Below are positions 30,537 to 42,889 of a stretch of DNA of 64,000 nucleotides, piece by piece. Each line of letters opens with the position of its first letter. Position 1 is the stretch's first letter. Location: NCBI RefSeq assembly GCF_964204865.1, contig NC_135256.1:6944001-7008000 (forward strand). Direction: 5' to 3'. Made by a program: the position numbers and the translations under genes. The notes under the pieces are model-generated. The model searched no databases. It saw only the letters and a list, made by a program, of their open reading frames with translations, and was not told where the DNA came from. This stretch comes from Styela clava (Eukaryota).

Positions 30537-31140
30537 ATTAAAAGAATGAGACAGATACATATGGCGGATTCCATTATCATTGTATGTATGTCAGTTCATG
30601 TAAATTGCAGGAGCAGAGTGAAAACACAGAATCTATTGTACTTTATAATGATGTAAATCGACAGACATATACTATAGGTCAGTGATTTTCGGGGAAACAC
30701 GGTAATAAGTACTGTACAGTTTACAAAATTGCTATGCGTAAAAAACCACATGGTCATTCTTTGTGTAGCAATTTTTTGTTATTTTGAGAAGATTGTAAAA
30801 AGGTACCTTACACAGCTTAGATCTTAAATTTAATTAAGTTTTTATATATTTTTTTGAAGATTTACGTATTAGAGTCGCGACCCATAGTTTGGGAACCGCT
30901 GCAGTATAGGTTTATATTTGTTGCTCAGTAAATATTGAGCATAATATCATAATTTATTAAAGAATGAGGCGGATATAGGTGACGGATTTTATTATCATTA
31001 TATTGTGTCAGTTCATTTAAATTATAGAAGCAGAGTAAAAACACAGAATCTATTGTACCTTATAATGATGTAACTCGATAGACATATACTATAGGTTTGT
31101 ATTTGTTGCTCAGTAAATATTAAGCATAATAGCATAATTA
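30537..31140. repeat. About 185-bp tandem duplication downstream of ALDH-B, one copy split by a hAT-like insertion (30680-30901)
   Basis: aaaacacagaatctattgtac...agacatatactataggt repeated near 30621 and near 31038; insertion bounded by cagtg / cgctg. Confidence 0.7.
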
Positions 31141-31294
31141 ATGAAGATTTTCTTGGAACAAAATTAAAATAAAAATGAAGTGAGAGTCTTGAGGTATGTA
31201 AGATCTCAGTAAATTTAATGAAAATAATTAATTACTTATTGATCGAATACTAAGATCGAAATCAGGTCTTAACACTAAAATCTTTTTTTTTTTA

Positions 31295-34200
31295 TTAAAT
31301 TTTGGCGCCAGATCCAGGAATCTTCATAATAACTGTCTTAACTTCAGTGTATTGACTTAGAGCATATTCACTCATATCTCGGCCAATTCCAGATTCTTTA
31401 AATCCCCCAAAAGCAGCCCCCGGACTGAGGGGGAAATAACAGTTCACCCTGCAAAATATTATACGGATTTCAAGCAGCAATTATAGACTCATGTACGTTT
31501 AAAAATGAAAATACTGCTAACAATACGATTGCTAATTTATTATTTCATTCCTATGCGGGGATGGTTATGTGCGAAACGATTGCTGGACTCCTCGCCGCCG
31601 TAGGGGGGTTCACGTAACCACTGGTCGGTTACGGCTTCCTCCGCCATCAAGTCAATGCTTCCCAAAACAAATAACTAACTAATCCAATACCCGGCATGGA
31701 ATGGTAACTAAATGAGAGGCCGTGGTTCGCCATATGGGTAAGCCGTCTTGTCGGCTTTCCTCCCCGGGACTCATAGTTTTCTTTCGAATGAAATTTTTGA
31801 AATCTCACCACACGATTCCTGACTGCAGAGCATTTGTAATCGCCATGACTTTGTCAATATCCTTCGTAATAACAGCGGCAGCAAGCCCATACCGGGTATT
31901 ATTTGCTCTTTCTATAACTTCATCAACGTCTTTGAACTTGTAAATTTGTTGGACAGGTCCAAAGATCTGCAATGGATTGAGATATACATGATATCACATT
32001 AAACATTTGCGGGCTAACGCCGCAATTCGATTCATAATTCGCGATTCTGAGCACTATACGAGGTATTTTCTATTTTTTTCTGAAAAAAGTAAATTTAAGC
32101 ATGCAGGAAAGAAGAGAAAGCAATTTATTGTCACATCAACCAGAATAAAATTGCCAATATAATAAACAAAAACCAAATTACGTATGAAATCTTGCATACA
32201 TGATGGCATGATCCGATTTAAATGTCTTGCAACAACAGAACGCATGAGAATTATTTTCGTGTTCTTAAATTTTGGCCTTATTTGATATTGGTATTTACAA
32301 ATAACATATATATTGCAAATTCACCTCTTCTTTTGAAACTCTCATGTCATCACGAAGATCGGTAAATACAGTTGGTTCTATATAAAATCCGTTCTTCCCC
32401 TCCATCTTTTTCCCACCACACATAACTTTAGCACCTTCTTCGACACCACTTTTCAGAAGTCCCAACACTCGATCTTCTTGGATTTTGCTAATCTGGAAAT
32501 TTATTAAAAAACACCGAATATTCAATAAAAAATTAAGGATGATAATATAAAAATGACAAAAAGTTTGCTCTTATCTAATGCATTTGCTAATTAATGTCTC
32601 TATTATCCAATATTATTGATCTTACTCTTCATAATATACCACACAAACGAATTACTGCAGTTGTTAAAATGCTTCATCGGAAGAGGCCAAAATTGATGTA
32701 CTTAATAGCAAACTAAACTATTTTCACACATAAATTGTTTCACATATTACCAGAGGTCCATGCACTGTGGTGATTTCACTAGGATCTCCAGATGGCAAAG
32801 ATTTTGCTTTTTCAACGCTCTTTCTAACGAATTCATCGTAAATGTCTTCTTGAACAAAAGTCCGGGTTCCTGCACAGCAAATCTGTCCGTTGTGCGTAAA
32901 TACAGCAGTATTTGCAAGAGATACAGCTTCGTCAACTGAAAAATACTTGGGTAGTTTAGTTGTCAACTCCACGCATTCTAATTAATTGTAATAAGTATAA
33001 AGTGTAATTAATATACAATCAATCAGACAAAAGCAAGATAAAAAAAAAGCAAGAATTTAACATTACTTATAGTTATAATCAATAAAAGACGAATTTCATG
33101 AAAAAACAGCAATAATGAAACCTACCATCAGCGTCTGAAAATACTATGTTTGGACTTTTCCCTCCCAGTTCTAGAGAGACTCGTTTCAGATTCGAGTCAG
33201 CCGAAGCTTTCTGAATCAAGCGTCCTGTCATTCCTGATCCTGTGAATGCAATCTTATCAACTTCCATGTGATGTGATAGAGCGTGTCCAGCAGTCTTGCC
33301 ATATCCTGAAATAAGGTAAAATGAGTACTCTCTAAGTATGTGAATGTGAACCAAGATGGCGGACACCGGAACGTAGTATGTGTACCAGATTAGGGTTAGG
33401 CCATAATTCCAGGTACAAATACTACGGAAGTCACTTGGCTAGTCCCCGAATTCGTAATAGGACTAAAATAAAGAAAATTAGAATAAATTTATTGCCTAAC
33501 CTTAACCTGATACACATACTATGTTCCGGTGTCCGCCATCTTGGTTCACATACTACGGGAACGCCCAAAAATGACCCTAATACATTGCTTACAGCAGGGA
33601 TTTTTATGAAGAGAATATGAAATTATTTCTCTCATTTTAAAAGTGATGCCACATACCATTAGTAAATACCGGAGACAAGTGAGAAAAAGTTTCAAAAAGC
33701 GGATCGCCCTTGTTCTAGATACAGATTTTAATGTATACATTGTGATAAAATAAGATAGGTATATTTTGAAATCTAACCTGGCACAACGTTCAAAACTCCT
33801 GGTGGAAATCCAGCTTCTTTCATAAGTGATGCTAAATACAATGCAGTCAAAGGAGTATTTTCTGCTGGTTTCAGAACAAGAACATTCCCCATCGACAAAC
33901 AGGCTGCAGTTTTCCATGTGAACATAGCTATGGGAACGTTCCACTGGTAAAAGAGTTCGAAAATTGTGAGATAGTCACTAAAGTAATAAACGGCTTATTT
34001 ATACTCGAGCACTGATAAAAGATTTGAGCATTCAATGTCCAAACATGAAGATTTTATGACCATGCTTGTTGTCTTCGTTTCGACATCCCATATCATTTAT
34101 CTTCCTATCGTTTTTATATACGGAGGTTTTTACTTTTTTTTCCCCTTTTAACACGGTTCTGTTCAACCAGCCGTTACTTGTTAAAAAAAACTGTTATAGT

Positions 34201-37200
34201 TAGTAAAAACTGGAAATTATTTAAAAACATTTTAAGCGTGAGAATACTTTATATTGGGATAGGTTAGAATTTCATGAAAGAGTTTCATGGTGGATTCAGC
34301 AATCTTGTGAAAACCTGATCGCAGGGATGTATCTAACTTTTACCACGATGTGCCAACCATAAATCTATTATGCACTCATTGGCTTTTAAATGTAAAAGAG
34401 CATTGGGTCGAATTGTGACCATAAACTACGCCATTCAACTTTTAATATTCACTTACAGGAATTATTGCTCCACAAACTCCTACAGGTTCATGCTTGGTAT
34501 AGCAAAAGTAATCGCCATCTAGAGAAGAAACCAAACAAAAAAATTCAAATCACTAGCGCCATTGTAAGAATGTCTCTTCCATAATGTACAGGATTTATGT
34601 ATTGGCAAAGTGTATAAAATCTCTGGAGTTTTTGAAGTATGTGTACCAAGATGGCGCACAACCTGAACATAGTATGTGTACCCGGTTAGGGTTCGGGTTT
34701 TACGCCATCTTGGTGCACATACTTCGGGGGCGCCAAATCTTTTTAGGTCAAAACCTTTTCAAATATTAATTTAAATCTATATGTTTTTTTCTCTAACCTT
34801 CAGTGTAGAAGTCATTTCATGCGAACAGTACTCAAGATTTTTCAGTGCATTAGTATTTCGATACATGAATTCATTATTACCGAACATTGTTTTATAATAA
34901 GTTACATAGTGAAATAGATGTATTTACCAAATGGAATTGTTTTCCCGTGGTATTTATCCGCCCATCCAGCAAAGTACCTGAATACTTTAATACAAGCTGG
35001 TATGTCACCAAGGAGTGCGTGAGCATACAATCTTCCACTATCTAAGCATTCCAGAGACTAAATGAAAGTTATTTGAATATCAATTAACTGAAATGTTTAA
35101 CACGTTTATTCAAAATGATATATATAACAGTAGTTCTCAAACTTTTTAAGCTTGTGGACCCCCTACGCTTTTCGGAGGTCACAGCGAACCCTCACAATTT
35201 TCAAACCGAAAACGTAATAAAAGAACACAACATAGAGCTATTCAAACAGGCCCCTAAATCGGTCCACAGAACCCAATTTGAGAACAACTGATATAAATTT
35301 AATAAAAAATACTGCAATACAAGTTACAAAACTTATACGTTAAATAATTGTTATTATATTCCTCAACTAGACGGGCAACGAGACCACGTCATGTTATCAC
35401 AGCCTGGAATGAAACAAATACCTCTTACTTACTTAAGGTATTTTGTTGGATTTCGAGTAAGTGTCATACTGGTATATTTATTCAGATAATAATAAAAACA
35501 CTATCCAAACCGACGGGAAATAAAATGTAACGGTAGAAGCTCAGAGAATCGTACCGCAAGATATTGTGCATCTCGTTCCATTAAATCAGCCATTTTGTAC
35601 AACAAACGTCCTCTATCTGAAGCATCCATCTTGCGCCATGCAGATCCAGGCTTAAATGCAGCTTTTGCTGCCTGTACTGCTGCGTCTATGTCAGCCTTAA
35701 AAGTAATACATAAGTAATATATATTCGGTAATATTAGATTTCGCCATTTCCGGCAAGGGGCGCTAGCATTATCTGGACAAACGACCAAGCAGCAACATAT
35801 CAAACACCATAAACCGAAATTGTGATTATACTTCAATATCAAAGTTACTGGGAATATGGGAATGTTTGAATTTTAAATATACCATGTTTCCCCGAAAATA
35901 AGACCTAGCCCGGAATAAGATCTAGCCTGAATTTTAAAAATGATTTTAATATAAGCCCTCCCCTTAAAATAAGACCTAGTCGAAAGCGCGAAATTTTTTC
36001 TGACCCAGTCGACAGGCAAGAAATCTTTCTACTCGTTTATATGATTAAAGTCTATGTTTAGCAGTTATTTTAAATAAAAACGTGGTATTTATAGACAATG
36101 TCTTATTTTCGGGGAGACACGGTAATCACACTTGTTCGAAAATGCAAAGCAAATTTGCAAGCCTAGCCTGATTCTTCTGGTATTACATAAAATTATATGA
36201 ATATATTTCGATGAGCTGGTAAGTGTGGAAACATATGGTCTTGTTTGGTGTATTGAGAAATTATTCATTTTTATCTAAATTCTTTTTGTGTTGGTGGTGT
36301 TGTTTTATTATGGCGCATTTCATTATAGCCTTGACTGTACAGATGTAGTATACCGATGTTAATGCAACTATGTTAAATTGTCAGTATTTTTAAATTATGA
36401 AAACCTGGTATAATGCGCATGTAATATTTCCAAATAGGAGAATAAATATGAAACTGACTTGAGCAAAATTTTCATAGCTATAGGTTCGACTTGACTAGAA
36501 TTTTTCGAGTTCAATTTGATTTTAATCAATAAGAAGAGAGCAAATTCATATTGCCCCACTATGCTGTAGGACCTAAAGCCAGTGTTTGGTTCGGAGATTT
36601 TTCATATAACTTTCCAAGTTTTAAAAGTAATGTGCTGTTGAAGATAATATAGTAAATGAAAGTATGAATATTCAAATCTAAGCGAATGCATCCAATTCTT
36701 GATTAAGCAATGTCGCATTCAAAAAAATTAATTTCGTGAGATTTCAAAACTTTTAGGCCAAGCCTATACAATGATTCAGCAATAAATAAAATAAATGTTT
36801 GTTCAGCGGTCACGAATGCTGGACGCGCGTGAAAGCCTTACAAATTCTTGCGCAATCAGTCCTGAGTTGATAATGACTCGACTTATTTGTATACATGGCA
36901 GTGAATATGCTTGATGCTTAAGATTTATATGTTTGTGCGACTGTCCTGAGATATGTGCGTTATTCGAGTAGGAATGTTATAAAGCTTCATACGTTTTCGA
37001 TAATGATATGCCCCGTATTAAAATCAATGGAGTACTTTGGAGAGTCTTGTTTCCGTTTAAACATGCATGAATCAGACATATTTCGGAGTTGATTACGAAA
37101 TGAAATTTTGTAAAATTTACTCCAGTATCAATAGTTTTTTTAGGATCGGGAACCACTGTGCAACTATTTGATGAATAGCACCGTTTGCAGCGTCATGCAC

Positions 37201-39166
37201 GTCATCAAATTGTAAAATTCGCTGCAAAGTGTTTTATTTAACGACATGTCGTAAAATCCCTATTGTATTTGAGCTACCGTGCAATACGTATGCCTCGTGT
37301 TCAAAAAATAATTACTGAGTTATAAACAATTGGCTAACAGGTAAAAAAGTAATTTTTTGCTGTAAAATGGCGTTTTGAAAAATCCATAAAATGCTCTGTA
37401 AACATGGGAAATAGCTGTCGAAAAATCATTGGTTCGTTTGATTTTCAAAATGAGTGGCATTAACATGTAACATTATTTTATTTTTCATCATAGGTAAATT
37501 ACTGAAATTTGTTTAAAAACGATATCCCCTATAATTTCACCTTATTGATTCTCCATTAAATGGAATATGCGGTATTTAGTTCTTATAAAAATATTACATT
37601 CTGAATGATGAAGCCGCTAATGGAACAATCGTAAACTATCCTATTTATAACAATGAAATTGAAATGGTCGATGTGTTTATTCGTTGATGCATTTTTTGAT
37701 TGAATAATGAACATATTCGGGGATATTTGAATCAGGGTGAAGTCCGAATGATTACATAAATTGGATGAGTGCAGTCGCATACTTGATTGGAACATACTAT
37801 TATATGTTATTGTTAAATATACAGGGTGGTGGTTGGAAATTTGAAGGTCAGGTGAGATCACGAATATAATGCGTGTTTACTCATATTTATTTCGATGATC
37901 TTCTTTTAGGTTCTAGGTTTGTGGGTTGATACCTTTTAGGTGCTACTGCTCTGAAGTGCATGGGCGACATTTCGAGCAACTAATCACAATGCTTTGTAAA
38001 AATAAATGGGGTTTGACAAATTTTCTGTTTTTCTAGCGCCCACCCTGCTATTTCTTTTATCAGCAAAATGAAACGTGTTCTGCAATACATTAAGTGTAAA
38101 CCTCGCCTGGTTGAAAGGATTCCATTACATTTGAACTCACGTACATTTGAACCCGTAACTTGAACCCACGATAATTGCACCTGCATACTATTGCGCTTAC
38201 TTAATTTTTTTACGGATATTTGAACCCATACTAACTCTAACCCATAGATTTTAGCACCCTTTTATAGATTGAACCCGCGGATATACGGGTGCAAATGCAC
38301 GTGGGTTCAAATGTACGGTCACCGTTCGAAAGGTATTTGAGTTCGGCGCATCAGTTTGTCTTGTAAATATTTGTATATGGGTGTAAGCGCGTATGTTGCG
38401 AACGGCATAAAACTAAAAGCTATTATACGTATAATCAGTACACGGCACTGCTGGTTTAAACTAGTGAATTGGTATTCATTCTTGCAAATACAAATGCGTT
38501 AGCAATGCAAAAGGTATAAATCGATATGCTACACCAAATATTGCATAATATATAATATACTAACCAATATATATTAAATTGCAATGTTATGCATTTTGTG
38601 CCAATAGCTTATGTATTTTTCTACCCTACTTGACCTACTACCCAACTTGAGAAATCTTCTATGATTCTTTATAACAAAGTTGTGACCTGCTAGACAACGT
38701 ATCATTGGTACTACCTACATCCACTCACCGCTTTTCCTTCTGCTACATCAGCATTCTTTTCTTCTGTTGAAGGATTGCAGGTTTCAAATGTTGAACCATC
38801 TTTAGAATCAACCCATTCATTGTTGATAAAAATCTTGAAAAATAAAAAAATTAATTACCAATATAATTATTTAATTAGCAGTTCTGCACTGCCAGAGACT
38901 TGTTGAATTACTTCATCAGCAGTTTTAGAGTCAAACCAACATCATCAGTCATATTAAAGTCAGTATAGTCATGAGTTTTTGCCCTCCGGGCCAGGGTATT
39001 TTGCAGGACTGTCTTCAGTTTTTGTGCAGTTTACGTACGTCACAGCAACGGGAATACATATTTTTTCTAAATATTCCAAGAACATAATATTACTGGTGTG
39101 TAAAATACATCTCACCTTGGTATACTTAATTTCAGGATTTTTCAATGCTGGTGGAATTCCGGCCAT
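31295..39166 (-). CDS. ALDH1A: Cytosolic ALDH1A-like aldehyde dehydrogenase, paralogue B (499 aa)
   Basis: Exons (5'->3' on -): 39166-39116, 38833-38729, 35695-35555, 35057-34928, 34518-34457, 33943-33778, 33305-33126, 32935-32751, 32492-32325, 31966-31809, 31448-31295. Same exon sizes as A; LELGGKSP and GQICCAG intact; some intron sequence still alignable with A. Confidence 0.95.
31549..31775 (+). mobile_element. SINE-like fragment in ALDH-B intron 10
   Basis: GC-rich island (gattgctggactcctcgccgccgtaggg...ggttacggcttcctccgccatc...gagaggccgtggttcgcc) with a second degenerate copy near 3.7 kb; no intact tRNA head seen. Confidence 0.5.
33324..33565. mobile_element. MITE family B in ALDH-B intron 6
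   Basis: Perfect inverted arms aaccaagatggcggacaccggaac / gttccggtgtccgccatcttggtt; ttagggttagg core. Confidence 0.85.
34625..34734. mobile_element. Short palindromic MITE family C
   Basis: agtatgtgtaccaagatggcg / cgccatcttggtgcacatact; 8-bp flanks aaatctct / aaatcttt. Confidence 0.8.
35128..35290. mobile_element. hAT (Charlie-type) MITE
   Basis: TIRs cagtagttctcaaa / tttgagaacaactg. Confidence 0.75.
35882..36122. mobile_element. Tc1/mariner (pogo/Tigger-like) MITE
   Basis: TA|ccatgtttccccgaaaataagac ... gtcttattttcggggagacacgg|TA; internal aataagacctag repeats. Confidence 0.85.
38118..38323 (+). mobile_element. MITE family A in ALDH-B intron 2
   Basis: Same tacatttgaaccc repeats and ggtcacc end; degenerate 9-bp flanks ggttgaaag / gttcgaaag. 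Confidence 0.8.
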
Positions 39167-40908
39167 GTTGATTAAAAGCAGGTAAAGTGGATTCTGAATT
39201 TCTGTACATATAAAATAACACACGAATGATAGGTTATACCGTTTCTCTCTGCGTTTATTCTTTTATTTTTATTATGGGTCTCACAATATTTATTCTATAA
39301 CTATTCGCCCAAGGTTTTCAAACCAGTTTACTAATGATTTCCCTTCCACCAGATTCTTTGATATATACTACCGACTTAAGAATAGTACTAAACAAGTTTG
39401 CAGTTTGCAGCTCTCGTCAAGTTTGCAGCTATTCTGCCAAAATAATGTCTGATCTCTCCCCTACCACATTATATCACCAAATGTATTGCCAGCGTGATTT
39501 ACAAAATGAACTTCGCTCATCCCCAGTTTCCCACTCGATGCATGTTGTCAGAACTTGCCTGTCTCGAACATCACTATCGCGAATGTACTGGTATAAGTAT
39601 AAACTGAAATAGCTGACTCATGTTGCACTGTTGCGATAACCTCAAAACAAATATCAGCCATTTCGCCCATCATTGAAAGCTAGACTCTACCCAATAACGC
39701 TCGAACAGGGAGAACGGCATTTACGACCGCTGTATTTGCAAAGTCAAATCACATGAAAGCAGTGTCATATTTTGGCAATTATTGTGCAATATCACGCTAA
39801 CGTCTCCCGGTCCATCCTCCGCAAGTCTTGTCATTTCTCAAGCAAATTCGTAACACCTTGACTTAGCGAACTCTGTTTTTCTGATATTGTTAAGAAACTT
39901 TTTAGTTATCATTTTTAATCCGCCATCGTCCCTTCGAAAACATTTTATATTGGTTATTAACCTGTTACAAATTATCAATTCGAATATATCTTCTATTCCA
40001 ATATTTACCCGCTTTACCTGGGTTGCATGGATTTTGCACCGTTAAGAAGACCAGTGTCATCGGCGGATAATTTTGTCAAGTAGTTAGAGCAATTAGAGAT
40101 ATCGTTGATAAATAAAATCTTAATTGCTGATCCCTTAGAAAGCACCTTAGGACGGTCAGTGTTAATTTTTAGACATCGTTGTGTACTTGTGACGGAATGT
40201 TTAAAAAGTATGTTTGCACATACGTGGGGTGATTAAAATTACCTATGAAATCGCTCGGTAAAATTGCCGCTTGAAATCTCTTTTGGCTTTACCTTGAAAG
40301 CTTGAATAAAACTGAGCTTTGAAAACCACTAATTACATTTGGCCCCTAGAAAGAATAAACTTGTGCACACGAGAAACCCAAACAACTATCATGTCAGCTT
40401 ACTTGTGTACTAACAATCATCCAGTCAAGTACAAGTGGTATCAGACTCCCGTCGATCCCAACTCTAATGCCATTATCAGAAGATGCTTAGGTCTAAGTGG
40501 ATAGTAGCAGAATATTATTTGAGAAGTATTATTCAAATATCACTTATTTTTCTATCAATTTTCAAACCCCCACTTCAACGATATAGAAGGAGTCACACAC
40601 CGAGACTTTAATTAAACCTTAATTACCGACCGTTATCTTGTTTGATTACAGTTAACTAATCAGGTGATATCGCTAATCAGTTTGAGCAGGAAAAGCCATT
40701 CGCTCTTCTCAGTCAATCACAGGGGTGCGAGATGACGAACGGTGTGTCTGTTTCACCGTTCAACAATTTAGTCTTCTTTTCTAAAGTAAATTGCTTTTGC
40801 TATATTGCTTTACTGCAGCTGATGCTTTAATTTTCACTCTGTAAAATAAATTTTTATTCATTGTTTTTTAAAGACTACTGAAATGTCGAATATTGCTGTT
40901 TCTTGAAA

Positions 40909-41120
40909 AGTACTCCCGTAGTATGTGTACCAGTTAAGGGTTAGGTCATAAGTTTATTCCGATCTTCCTTATTTTAGTTCTATTACGAGTGCGGGGACTG
41001 TTTGTGTTAGCCAAGTGAATATACGCCCTGCCCACATGCTTCGGTCCCTTTACACAACTTGATGTAAAGCAGGCGAACAAAATTAGTTACCTTTACAATG
41101 ATACATATACTTGGAGCGCC
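40909..41120 (+). mobile_element. MITE family B
   Basis: gtactcccgtagtatgtgtacc...gttagccaagtgaatatac...ggagcgcc; homologous to 57692-57907. Confidence 0.8.
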
Positions 41121-42889
41121 TCTTGATATTATGTTTGATTATAGAAGACAAAAGGTACCATCGTAAAATATACAGATATGTGAAAAGTGCTGATATAAAA
41201 ATATTGAATAATTATGCTTTGCGTTCTCATTTATTATATGTGCAACAACTTGATTTCTTGCGCTGGCTAAATAATTTTCAGGACATTAACAACGAGTTTA
41301 ATTCAACGCGTTTCCCGTACGTTGGACGTAGGTTAAGTCAAGTAAGGTATCCAGAAAAAGTCTTTTCTTTTAATTGACAATGGGAGCATTGTCGCTCATT
41401 TACAATGTTTTTTTACTTCTAGTTTAAATCTCGAAATTGATACAGAAGGCCCAGATGATTTCGCGATGAGTTTTGTTGAAACATCCTTGACATGTTTATT
41501 TTCAAGAACTCAATACGTTTAAGGGGTTGTCGTGATTACTATTTCTCTTTTTCTACGAAACTGAGTGCTAAGAATAAGCTAATATCAGTCATACAAATGT
41601 GTTGTTTCAATTTACAATATGAATCTATCAGAATGTTGCATCGTTGTTGTTATTTTCAATGACACAGCTCATTTCTTTGTATTCACAAGTTTTCAGAATA
41701 AAAAACAAATGAAATTGAAAGAGATGGTACTTTTTAAAATATATACAAATTCCGAAAAGAAAAAAAGTAATCGACTATAAAGAACACACACTTTACTAAA
41801 CATCTACAAGTAAGTTATATGTTCTCGTCCAAAAGTGGGTATTCTATGATATTTCATAAACGACACTGATTTTCATTTTGTCCCATGGTAGCGTACAGCA
41901 ACCAACAGATTTTGCCGATTTTGATCGTGAAAATTTGCGGCCATTTTAGCCATTGATCAGTTAATTTAAAAAATGTAGAGTTTGTCAAATTTCACTTCAC
42001 TTTGTGAAATATATAAAAATGAAAGTAATATAACTGGCGCACTATTTGGGAAACTACTATGGAAGGGATGGATTTATTAGGCTATGAAATTATTAGGAAA
42101 GGATGATGATCAGAAATAGATCTGCCAATCCAACTCATTTTAAATAATAATAGTTGACCTGAACATCTACATTTAATTTCCAACCTTGTATATTGGAAAA
42201 TTTAAATAACGACTTCGACCCAAAGTTTTTAGTGTCAACTTGAAGCACTCGAATAACACAACGTTAGTATGATAGAATCGATACATCAAAGTGCAGTTAT
42301 CTACAAAACTCACCGGATAAATAAATGAATGGATAAACCTAATAATACCATCCTAGGTATTAAAATTCGCACCTTACAATCATTACGTAACGTGTGACAT
42401 AAGACTAACCGATAATCACAATAAACGACTCGCATAGCATCCGTCTTGATCAGTAAAGTGTGGAGAGCCTTCATTTCGTTTTAAGGAAATGTGGATAATG
42501 TGAAATTATGAAGCGAGACTAATTTGGCATTGGAATCCATAAACCTTGTTGACCTATAAACTATAGACTTAATTGCAGTTCAATAAAAATGGATATACAA
42601 ACACTCTCGTACAGTCATACACACACATCGCTTAGTATTAAGAAAGTAAAAACTTTTTATTATCAAACAGTGACTCACAAAACGGATCACATTACGCCTT
42701 CTCCCATCCAACCTATTTTTTTTGCCTATTTGATAGCTGCACATAAAATCATAACAAAGAGCATGAAGAGGTAGCATGTGAGAAAAGTACTGATTATTTT
42801 GGTTTTTAAAAATGCAATTGTGAAAATGAATCAATACATATAATAGAGTACATATTTATAATGGTGTGAAATGGATCCTACACTCTGTT

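Noticed and set aside
37583-38060. Possible decayed retroelement coding sequence in ALDH-B intron 2
   Set aside because: No diagnostic RT or endonuclease motif could be read with confidence.
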